In this document: one piece after another, positions 35,398-44,275 of the stretch | Layout of the letters: each line of letters starts with the position of its first letter | Position numbering within the stretch: the first letter of the stretch is position 1 | Origin: Escherichia coli | GTDB taxonomy: Bacteria > Pseudomonadota > Gammaproteobacteria > Enterobacterales > Enterobacteriaceae | DNA length: 64,000 nucleotides | Reading direction: 5' to 3' (one strand) | Assembly: GCF_030384885.1 (NCBI RefSeq) | Contig: NZ_CP128613.1 | Position numbers and translations under genes: made by a program | The notes under the pieces: model-generated | The model's input: the letters and a program-made list of their open reading frames with translations, nothing else | Database searches by the model: none | Told to the model about the DNA's origin: nothing

Positions 35398-36632
35398 TGA
35401 TAAGACAACGGGTAGCGGTTGGTTAGTTGTATTACTTTTTGCTCAATATCGGCGCAAATGCCTGCGATATCTGACGAGTTGATGGCGAAAATGATTTCAC
35501 TTATCCAGTCAGCAATAAGCACAAAATCATCCGCCTTCATCCCACGCGTGGTGCAGGCCGCGCTGCCAATACGGACCCCGGAGGTAATCGACGGCGGCTG
35601 CGGATCGCCCGGCAGGGTGTTTTTATTGACCGTGATCCCCGCCAGTTCGAGAAAGTACTCCACCTGTGCGCCGGTTAACCCCTGCGGGCGCAGGTCGATA
35701 ATCCCCAGATGGCAGTCGGTGCCGCCCGTTAACAGCGTCAGACCGCGCTGCGCCAGTTGCTGGCACATCGCCTGCGCATTGTCGATAACCTACCCGGCGT
35801 AACGTTTAAATTCTGGTTGTAATGCCTCGCCAAGCGCCACCGCTTTCGCCGCGATAACGTGCATCAACGGCCCGCCCTGCAAACCGGGAAAGATGGCGCT
35901 GTCGATTTTTTTCGCAAGCCTGGCGTCATTGGTGAGGATCATGCCGCCGCGCGGCCCGCGCAACGTTTTATGCGTGGTGGTGGTGACCACATCAGCATAC
36001 GCCAGCGGCGAAGGAAAACAGCCGCCCGCCACCAGCCCGGCAAAGTGCGCCATATCCACCAGCAAAATGGCATCAACGGCATCGGCAATGCGGCGAAAAC
36101 GGGCAAAATCATAGTGGCGTGGATAAGCCGATCCTCCGGCAATAATTAACCGTGGGCGCTCGCGTAGCGCGATCATCTCGACCTCATCCATATCAATCAG
36201 GCCACTATGGGCATCGACGCCATAGTGAAAGGCGTTAAACCATTTGCCGGATTGATTGACCGGAGAACCGTGCGTGAGATGCCCGCCGCATTGCAGGCTC
36301 ATGCCAAGAATTTTGTCGCCGGGCTTCAGCAACGCCAGATAGACCGCCTGATTCGCCTGGCTGCCGGAGTGAGGCTGCACATTGACGTAACGCGCGCCAA
36401 AGAGCTGCTGCGCGCGGGTTATCGCCAGCATCTCAACCTCATCAATAAACTTACAGCCGCCGTAATAGCGATGCTGGTAATAACCTTCGGCGTATTTATT
36501 GGTTAACACCGACCCCTGCGCCGCGAGAACGGCGGGGCTTACGAAATTCTCCGAGGCAATCAGTTCCAGCGACTGCTGCTGGCGCTGTTGCTCCTGGTTA
36601 ATCAATGCAAAAAGTGGATCGTTATTTATCAT
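35394..36632 (-). pseudogene. Serine hydroxymethyltransferase (GlyA)-like gene interrupted by an in-frame TAG at 35790-35792
   Basis: N-terminal ORF (…[31 protein letters not shown]…[14 protein letters not shown]…PEFKRYAG*) and C-terminal ORF (VIDNAQAM…TSGVRIGSAA…) are in the same frame, separated only by TAG where GlyA has Gln. Confidence 0.75.
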
Positions 36633-36864
36633 GCGCTTCCCCCGCAAATTCATCATGCGATGATTTTCGCAGGGAAAACCTCGTCCGCACCCTGCCACTT
36701 TTTAGACTGAGCGCAGACCACCTATGTCGTTTTACTTAAAAGAAGAGGGAAGAAGGCTCCAGGCATCTCCATATGCGATTCTGGTTGGTAATACATCATA
36801 TTCCAGCTGCTCTTATCCGCCTACGTTATTGCATATACGGATAAGGCAGCCTCAATACGTACTT

Positions 36865-38430
36865 TTACTTGATATCTTTCACGCGCATACCGTTGATCTG
36901 TTCATCCGTGATGGTATTACCCGCTTTAAAGTAATCAACCACCGCGTGATAAACGTAATAACCGCCCGTCGTATTGCGCGCTTTACCCTCGGTAAACGCG
37001 GTAAAACCATCTCCACCATCAGCAAGGAAACTCTGAGTGGCAATGTGGTAAACCGTCGCATCTTCAATCGGTTCGCCATTCAGAGTCAGCGAGATAACCC
37101 GCTGACCAACCGGCTTGCTGCTGTCGTACTTCATTTCCAGGCCTTTCGATACCTGTAAAACGCCATTACTTAAACTTGCGCCGTGTTCCATCAAACTGCG
37201 TAATTGTTTACCCGTGAGTTCCATCGTCACCAGTTCGTTGGGGAACGGGAAGGTACTGATGACGCCACCCATCGTAATTGCACCCGCCGGGATCTCATTG
37301 CGGATACCGCCAGAGTTGGTTAACGCCAACTGGGTATTTTTACCCGCCGCTGCCAGCAAAGCGTCCGCCGCCAGATTCCCGAGAGAAGCCGATTCACCAT
37401 AGGCACGTTTCAATTCAACTGGCGATTGCGCCACCGTTTGCTGCACGACTTCATCCAGCTTTTTATTCCAACTATCAATCACCTGTTTTGTTTGCGGATC
37501 GGGCTTCCACTCGTCGGCGTAAAGGGTTTTAAGCTCGAAGTTTTTCACCGTAAAAGTGTGCGGCTTCTCTTTGTAGTCTAGAACCAGTTTACCCACATCA
37601 ATCCCGCCGCTGTCAGTGGAGAGGATTAACGTATTGCCGACTTTAATCGGTTCCGGCGTACCCACATGTGCATGCCCGGTGATCAAAATATCCAGCCCTT
37701 TCACCTGACTTGCCGTCTGAATATCTTTATCCAGTGCGCGGCGCACATCTGTGCCCCCCATACTGGACTGGCGGGCCGGAACACCTTCGTGAATCAGCGC
37801 AACGGTCAAATCAACCTTGCCTTTGAGTTCATCGATATAACGTTGTAGCCATTTAATTTCATCACGCGCCTCAATACCCACTCGCGTTGCCGCAGATACC
37901 GTATCATTAAAGGCAAATACACCGTGCAAACCAATCACGCCAATTTTCACGCCGTCTTTTTCAATGATGGTATAGGGCTTATCCCAGAATGATTTACTGC
38001 TGTTCTGATAAAAAACATTACCCTGCACAATCGGGAATTTTGCCTGACTCAACTGTAATAACGTATTGTCCCAGCCGTGATCAAATTCATGATTACCTAT
38101 AGTGGCCGCATCGAACGGCATGGTATTCATAATATCGATAATCGCCTTGCCTTTAGTCAGGCTGCTAATATACGGCCCGGTAAAATAGTCACCCGCATCA
38201 AAAAACCAGGTCGCTTTGTTTTTAGCTTTTTCTTGTTTAACAAGCGTAGTGATATTTGCCCAGCCGCCAATATCTCGTTTACCGTCAGCAATCCACGGCA
38301 CTTTATAAGGCTCTACATGTGCATGGAGGTCGTTGGTATAAATGATGGTGACATCTTTGGCGCAAGCCCAAAACGGCAGTGTTAATGCGATACCCGCAGC
38401 AAGCATTTTAATTTTCATAAACAATCCCAT
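36865..38430 (-). CDS. UshA/CpdB-family periplasmic nucleotidase (paralog A)
   Basis: Signal peptide [20 protein letters not shown]; metallophosphatase motifs [26 protein letters not shown]; C-terminal 5'-nucleotidase-type domain (…[13 protein letters not shown]…). Confidence 0.85.
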   Translation of the reverse strand: MGLFMKIKMLAAGIALTLPFWACAKDVTIIYTNDLHAHVEPYKVPWIADGKRDIGGWANITTLVKQEKAKNKATWFFDAGDYFTGPYISSLTKGKAIIDIMNTMPFDAATIGNHEFDHGWDNTLLQLSQAKFPIVQGNVFYQNSSKSFWDKPYTIIEKDGVKIGVIGLHGVFAFNDTVSAATRVGIEARDEIKWLQRYIDELKGKVDLTVALIHEGVPARQSSMGGTDVRRALDKDIQTASQVKGLDILITGHAHVGTPEPIKVGNTLILSTDSGGIDVGKLVLDYKEKPHTFTVKNFELKTLYADEWKPDPQTKQVIDSWNKKLDEVVQQTVAQSPVELKRAYGESASLGNLAADALLAAAGKNTQLALTNSGGIRNEIPAGAITMGGVISTFPFPNELVTMELTGKQLRSLMEHGASLSNGVLQVSKGLEMKYDSSKPVGQRVISLTLNGEPIEDATVYHIATQSFLADGGDGFTAFTEGKARNTTGGYYVYHAVVDYFKAGNTITDEQINGMRVKDIK

Positions 38431-38550
38431 CCAGTGAGATAAAGGATTGCTACATTACGTTCTGAAAGGCTTTTTTATGTGAGAATACTCACATCCAGAG
38501 GCGATAACTGTAGGACAAAATCAACGACCTTATGAAATCGTTGGTGATAT

Positions 38551-39678
38551 ATGTCAAATCTGTTTGCGATTAATGTCTGTAAAACGTTCGGTTGTCGAAA
38601 TTTGGGATTGGCCTCATCGGAAGATTACAGTTGGCCAGACTATAAACTGGGTTTTCCGGCACTGCACTGCCAGGCATGCGGAAGTTACCCCCCTTTGTTT
38701 GATGAACAACAATTTCGTGACTGGTTGTCAGTTCACATGACTGCGTGTGCCATAGAAACAGGGCATTTTTGTCCATCATGCTATTGTAAAGAAAAGATTT
38801 TTTATGGCCACAACCCGCAGGGAACACAACGCGTTCAATGCCGTTCATGCAAAAAAGTCTGGACTCCGAAACAGCAGCCAGCAAGAGAAATTACGTATCC
38901 CCAGTCCATTGAAACCGTTCAACTGTTCATGCCCTTTCAAGGAGCCAGCGCAGTACAAAAGCTCTATGTTTTAGTCAGTCTTGACGCCACTCGTGGCAAC
39001 ATCCTTCATCTCTCCACGAATTATACGCAACATCAGACAGGAGACAGTCTGCGGTACAGTTACAGAGGCAATACAGAACCAACTGAGCACCATAGCGATA
39101 TTGCGCAGAGGGTAGATATGCGTGAAGCACAATTCTTGCGCCGGAGCCAGTTCGATGAAATTCAGTATGGCAGTGCTGTGCTCAAGCGCAACGGCAAGGG
39201 AGCCATACTACGCCCGGTTATCACGGCACACGGGCATTTCAGAATACTGAAAATCCGCTTTCCACATGTCAAAACGCATATCATTTCACACGAATGTTTT
39301 CTGAGAGGCGCAATTATTACAGCCTGGGCAGATCAGTTCCGCCAACAACAAGGCGAACTTTGGTTCGTAGAGGAAGAAATCAGCGACCGTAATGCTGATA
39401 TTCCCTGGCATTTTCAGGGAACGACATACCATGGTTGGTGGCAAAATCAGTGGCAACGCTGGGGGCAGGGGAATAACAGCAAGATGGTCTGCCTGCTCAC
39501 AGGAGTCTCCTTAGAAAGGGGCGCAAATGTTTCTCTGGCAACCAGTCGTTGCTTTATCACATGGCTGACAGACCAACACGACTTTACCCAAAGCGCGTTA
39601 TTATCCGCAGGTCGCGTAACGAAAATGCTGACCTCACTGGCGTTAAAATACAATGAATCGCTCACTCCATCTTGTTAG
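38551..39678 (+). CDS. Hypothetical cysteine-rich protein with N-terminal zinc-ribbon motifs (transposase-like zinc ribbon?)
   Basis: 375 aa; C-x4-C, C-x2-C, C-x2-C…C-x2-C spacing including FYGHNPQGTQRVQCRSCKKVW, resembling IS1 InsA / IS1595-type ribbons; remainder unassigned. Confidence 0.6.
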   Translation: MSNLFAINVCKTFGCRNLGLASSEDYSWPDYKLGFPALHCQACGSYPPLFDEQQFRDWLSVHMTACAIETGHFCPSCYCKEKIFYGHNPQGTQRVQCRSCKKVWTPKQQPAREITYPQSIETVQLFMPFQGASAVQKLYVLVSLDATRGNILHLSTNYTQHQTGDSLRYSYRGNTEPTEHHSDIAQRVDMREAQFLRRSQFDEIQYGSAVLKRNGKGAILRPVITAHGHFRILKIRFPHVKTHIISHECFLRGAIITAWADQFRQQQGELWFVEEEISDRNADIPWHFQGTTYHGWWQNQWQRWGQGNNSKMVCLLTGVSLERGANVSLATSRCFITWLTDQHDFTQSALLSAGRVTKMLTSLALKYNESLTPSC

Positions 39679-39907
39679 TCAATACACTCGACAAACGACC
39701 ATAAATTAATGGGATCACTATTTCTCATTTAATTAAATATATGAATGTATGACTGAAAAATATAATCACAGTCAATGTTTAATTAATAACATTATTTGTT
39801 ACTAAGATCACATAATACTTTCCTGACCTATGTTTACATAAAAATAAGACACGGTGTTCCTTTTATTTAAATAATTCAACCAATGTAACAACCCCTATCA
39901 AGGAGGG

Positions 39908-41461
39908 ATGATGAGAACTGTATTTACGACTTTATCAGTCATATTCAGCGTGATGTTTTCTCACAGTATACTAGCTCAGGACGTTACTATTTATTATACG
40001 AATGATATTCACGCACATGTCAATCCGGCAAAAATTCCCGCTGTTGATAAGAACAGACTTGTAGGTGGTATGGCTAATATTGCAGGCATCGTTAATGAAG
40101 CGAAGAAAAAAAACAAAGATGTCTTTTTCTTTGATGCAGGCGACTATTTTACCGGTCCGTATATCAGTACCCTGACCAAAGGTGAAGCTATTATTGATAT
40201 CATGAACACCATGCCCTTTGATGCGGTGTCCGTTGGTAATCACGAGTTCGATCACGGCGTGCCCAATATGGTATCTCAGTTATCAAAAGCAAAATTCCCC
40301 ATTCTGCTGGGAAATATTTACTACACCGATACAAATAAACCAGTTTGGGATCATCCGTGGACCATTATCGAAAAAGATGGTTTAAAGATTGGTGTGATTG
40401 GATTGCATGGTGCATTCGCTTTCTATGATACAGTCGCGGCAAAAGCACGTGAAGGCGTAGAAGCCAGAGACGAAATTAAATATTTAAATAAAGCACTTGC
40501 AGAATTAAAAGGTAAAGTCGACATTACCGTTTTGCTAATTCACGAAGGTGTTCCGGCGCGTCAATCAAGCTTTGGTAGTAAAGATGTGGAGCGGCTACTA
40601 CAGGCAGATATTGAGACAGCTAAAAAAGTGAATGGTGTTGATGTCTTAATTACCGGTCACGCACATGTCGGAACACCGCAACCAATAAAAGTTAATAACA
40701 CATTAATTGTATCTACCGATGCATACGGCACCGACATCGGAAAACTTGTGCTTGATTACAATCCGAAAACAAAGAAAATTGATAGTTATAATGGTGAGTT
40801 AATCACCATCTTTGCAGATCAATTTAAACCTGACACCATCGTTCAAAATACTATCGATAAATGGAGCATAAAGCTTAACAAAATAACACAGGAAGTTGTC
40901 GGCCATTCTCCCGTAGTTTTAACACGTGAGTATGGCAGTTCTTCTTCTACCGGTAACCTTATTCTAGATGCAATGATGGAAAAAACACCTGATGCCATTG
41001 CCGGATTTCAAAATAGCGGTGGGATGCGAGCTGATTTTCCTAAAGGTGATATCACACTGGGAGATGTTATTAGCACATTCCCCTTTAATAATGACCTCAT
41101 CGAGATGGATTTGACGGGCCGCGATCTCAAATCATTGATGACGCATGCAACCAATCTAACTAACGGTGTGTTACAGGTTTCAAAAAGCGTTGCGGTTGTC
41201 TATGACAGCAAAAAACCACTCAACCAACGGTTAATCTCTTTCACCATTAACGGCAAACCCGTGGAAGATAATCAAACATATCGTATTGCCACGCACTCCT
41301 TTTGTGCCAGTGGTGGTGACGGTTTTGAAGCATTTTTGAATGGAAAAAATGTGAAGACGATACCGGGAACAACCTCGGCGGAATCTATCATCGATTATTT
41401 CAAAAATCATAAACCTGTCACCCCAGACTTAACTAAACGAGTCATGGACGTCGCCAAATAA
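39908..41461 (+). CDS. UshA/CpdB-family periplasmic nucleotidase (paralog B, most divergent)
   Basis: Signal peptide, same metallophosphatase motif set ([26 protein letters not shown]); AGGAGG RBS at 39901. Confidence 0.85.
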   Translation: MMRTVFTTLSVIFSVMFSHSILAQDVTIYYTNDIHAHVNPAKIPAVDKNRLVGGMANIAGIVNEAKKKNKDVFFFDAGDYFTGPYISTLTKGEAIIDIMNTMPFDAVSVGNHEFDHGVPNMVSQLSKAKFPILLGNIYYTDTNKPVWDHPWTIIEKDGLKIGVIGLHGAFAFYDTVAAKAREGVEARDEIKYLNKALAELKGKVDITVLLIHEGVPARQSSFGSKDVERLLQADIETAKKVNGVDVLITGHAHVGTPQPIKVNNTLIVSTDAYGTDIGKLVLDYNPKTKKIDSYNGELITIFADQFKPDTIVQNTIDKWSIKLNKITQEVVGHSPVVLTREYGSSSSTGNLILDAMMEKTPDAIAGFQNSGGMRADFPKGDITLGDVISTFPFNNDLIEMDLTGRDLKSLMTHATNLTNGVLQVSKSVAVVYDSKKPLNQRLISFTINGKPVEDNQTYRIATHSFCASGGDGFEAFLNGKNVKTIPGTTSAESIIDYFKNHKPVTPDLTKRVMDVAK

Positions 41462-41495
41462 AATATCATTTATCAGTCTATTTATTTAACAAGGA

Positions 41496-43121
41496 ATGCG
41501 AATGAAAACAGTGCAGCGTACTTTACTTGCCGCAACATTGCTGACTATTTTTTCGGTCTCGGTCATGGCGCAGGATGTCACGATTATTTATACAAATGAT
41601 CTTCACGCTCATGTGGATTCTTATAAAGTGCCGTATATCGCAGACGGAAAACGCGACATTGGCGGCTTTGCCAATATATCTACTTTAGTAAAACAAGAGA
41701 AAGCGAAAAATAAAGCCACCTTTTATTTTGATGCTGGAGACTATTTCACCGGCCCTTATATCAGCAGTCTGACAAAGGGCGAAGCAATAATTGACATTAT
41801 GAATACCATGCCTTTTGACGCAGTATCAATCGGTAATCATGAGTTTGACCATGGCTGGGATAATGCCCTGCGACAATTAAGCAAAGCGAATTTTCCTGTT
41901 TTATTGGGCAATGTTTATCATAAAGAGAGTGAAAAACCCTTCTGGAACAAGCCCTACACCATCCTGGAAAAAGATGGCATCAAGATTGGTATTATTGGGC
42001 TACACGGCGTATTTGCATTTAATGATACGGTCTCGGAGCTCTCTCTCCAGGGACTCGATAATGACAATAATAACCGCTTTGATAAATCTTCCGAGACCCT
42101 TAAGAATCAGGGGATTGAAGCACGTGATGAAGTGAAGTATTTGCAGCATTATATCGACGAGTTACGTGATAAGGTTGACCTCACTGTGGCGCTGGTTCAT
42201 GAAGGCGTTCCGGCGCGTCAGTCCAGCATTGGCAATACAGATGTTAGACGCGCTCTTGATAAAGATATTCAAACCGCTAGCAAGGTGAAAGGATTGGATA
42301 TTCTGATTACCGGGCATGCCCACGTCGGAACGCCAGAACCAATCAAAGTCGGCAACACCTTAATCCTTTCGACTGATAGTGGCGGTATCGATATTGGTAA
42401 ATTAGTCCTTGATGTCAACCCTACAGCTCGTACCCATAAAATGAAGAGCTTTGAGCTGAAAACAGTTTATGCCGATGAATGGATACCCGATCCAACGACA
42501 CAAAAAGTTATCAATGGCTGGAATAAAAAACTGGCGGATATTGTACGCCAACCAGTGGGTGAATCATCGATTGCATTAACTCGCGCCTATGGTGAGTCAT
42601 CGCAACTAGGCAACCTGTTTACCGATGCAATGCTTGTCGCTGCTCCGACTGCACAGATTGCATTGATAAACTCCGGCAGCTTACGTGCGGATATAAATGC
42701 AGGCACGATTACCTTTGGCGACATTACCAGTACATTCCCCTTCAAGAATGAACTTACTGAAATGGATCTCAGCGGTAAGGATCTGCGTAACCTACTGGAA
42801 CACGGGGCATCGCTTACCAATGGCATCCTGCAAATGTCAAAAGGCGCAGAAATGCGCTATACCCCGCAGAAACCAGTAGGTCAGCGCATAGTATCTTTTA
42901 AAATTAATGGTGAAGAGATCGTTGATACGAATATTTACCATGTTGCAACAACGACTTTCCTTGCACTGGGGGGCGATGGTTTTCTGGCATTCAAAGAAGG
43001 GAAAAATGTTCAGGTCCGCGCCGGAAAAAACATGTCCGATGTCGTGATCGATTATTTGAAGAAAGGCCACAAGATTACGCCTGCACAGGTAAATGAAATG
43101 CGGGTGGACGTTAGCAAATAA
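41496..43121 (+). CDS. UshA/CpdB-family periplasmic nucleotidase (paralog C, with ~27 aa Asn/Asp-rich insert)
   Basis: Signal peptide; same motif set; insert ELSLQGLDNDNNNRFDKSSETLKNQG absent from paralogs A and B; real start probably ATG 41502. Confidence 0.85.
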   Translation: MRMKTVQRTLLAATLLTIFSVSVMAQDVTIIYTNDLHAHVDSYKVPYIADGKRDIGGFANISTLVKQEKAKNKATFYFDAGDYFTGPYISSLTKGEAIIDIMNTMPFDAVSIGNHEFDHGWDNALRQLSKANFPVLLGNVYHKESEKPFWNKPYTILEKDGIKIGIIGLHGVFAFNDTVSELSLQGLDNDNNNRFDKSSETLKNQGIEARDEVKYLQHYIDELRDKVDLTVALVHEGVPARQSSIGNTDVRRALDKDIQTASKVKGLDILITGHAHVGTPEPIKVGNTLILSTDSGGIDIGKLVLDVNPTARTHKMKSFELKTVYADEWIPDPTTQKVINGWNKKLADIVRQPVGESSIALTRAYGESSQLGNLFTDAMLVAAPTAQIALINSGSLRADINAGTITFGDITSTFPFKNELTEMDLSGKDLRNLLEHGASLTNGILQMSKGAEMRYTPQKPVGQRIVSFKINGEEIVDTNIYHVATTTFLALGGDGFLAFKEGKNVQVRAGKNMSDVVIDYLKKGHKITPAQVNEMRVDVSK

Positions 43122-43133
43122 TAAAAAAATTAT

Positions 43134-43165
43134 AATGCCATTCATTCACTGAATGGCATTATTTT
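43134..43165 (+). terminator. Terminator-like hairpin after nucleotidase paralog C
   Basis: atgccattca-ttcac-tgaatggcat followed by T-rich tract. Confidence 0.5.
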
Positions 43166-43198
43166 CTCTAAATCAACAATAGATAATGAGATATATTT

Positions 43199-44059
43199 AT
43201 GTGTATAAAAAAGCACGGGATAGCTTTATCGATTCTATTAATACCTTGCATTGGAAACGCTCAGAAAATTAAAAGTGAGGAAGGCTGGTTACATCAAAGC
43301 TTGAATGTCATTGGTCGCACAGACTCTCGCTTTGGCCCAAGGCTGACTAACGACCTCTACCCTGAATATACTGTAGCAGGAAGAAAAGACTGGTTTGATT
43401 TTTATGGTTATGTTGATCTACCAAAATTCTTTGGCGTCGGCAGTCACTATGATGTTGGGATCTGGGATGAGGGCTCACCACTATTTACGGAAATAGAACC
43501 TCGGTTTTCCATTGACAAATTGACCGGATTAAATCTTGCGTTCGGCCCTTTTAAAGAATGGTTCATTGCAAACAACTATGTCTATGATATGGGTGACAAC
43601 CAGTCATCCCGGCAAAGTACATGGTATATGGGGCTTGGTACAGATATCGACACGGGTCTACCAATTAAGCTTTCTGCCAATATATACGCCAAGTATCAGT
43701 GGCAAAACTATGGTGCCGCTAATGAAAATGAATGGGACGGATATCGATTCAAAATAAAATATAGCATTCCTCTTACCCATTTATTCGGAGGGCGATTGGT
43801 ATACAATAGTTTTACTAACTTTGATTTTGGATCCGATCTTGCGGACAAATCACACAATAATAAACGAACCAGTAATGCTATTGCTTCAAGCCATATCCTT
43901 TCCCTGCTATATGAACACTGGAAATTTGCATTTACACTACGTTATTTTCACAACGGTGGACAATGGAATGCTGGGGAGAAAGTTAACTTCGGAGATGGTC
44001 CATTTGAATTAAAAAACACAGGATGGGGAACCTATACTACTATTGGTTATCAATTTTAA
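43199..44059 (+). CDS. Tsx-family nucleoside-specific outer-membrane channel paralog
   Basis: Signal peptide, C-terminal Phe; long colinear blocks matching Tsx as recalled (…KDWFDFYGY…[12 protein letters not shown]…[14 protein letters not shown]…[26 protein letters not shown]…). Confidence 0.85.
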   Translation: MCIKKHGIALSILLIPCIGNAQKIKSEEGWLHQSLNVIGRTDSRFGPRLTNDLYPEYTVAGRKDWFDFYGYVDLPKFFGVGSHYDVGIWDEGSPLFTEIEPRFSIDKLTGLNLAFGPFKEWFIANNYVYDMGDNQSSRQSTWYMGLGTDIDTGLPIKLSANIYAKYQWQNYGAANENEWDGYRFKIKYSIPLTHLFGGRLVYNSFTNFDFGSDLADKSHNNKRTSNAIASSHILSLLYEHWKFAFTLRYFHNGGQWNAGEKVNFGDGPFELKNTGWGTYTTIGYQF

Positions 44060-44275
44060 ATCAGGTGATGTTTTAGATATTTTTACTTAATGCCATTTTG
44101 TAATTGTCATAAATAACTTCACCATTCACACTGTGAATTCATCGCTCAACACAAAAGCCCCCTTATTACCGGGGCACTGACCAAAGGCAAAATGACAATC
44201 AATCACCACCTCCGCAGGAGGTGGTTTAGAGGTGACAACAAAAGCTGGCAACTGCCAGCTTTTGTTCAATAATCA

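Noticed and set aside
35768-35792. Apparent frameshift splitting the SHMT-like gene into two ORFs
   Set aside because: Codon-by-codon reading shows both ORFs are in the same frame, separated by a single in-frame TAG; reported as a nonsense codon rather than a frameshift.
36865-43121. Recent duplication or active inversion between nucleotidase paralogs A and C
   Set aside because: The coding sequences differ at many synonymous and non-synonymous positions (roughly three quarters identical by eye over the stretch compared), too diverged for recent duplication; inversion remains only a formal possibility noted in the findings.
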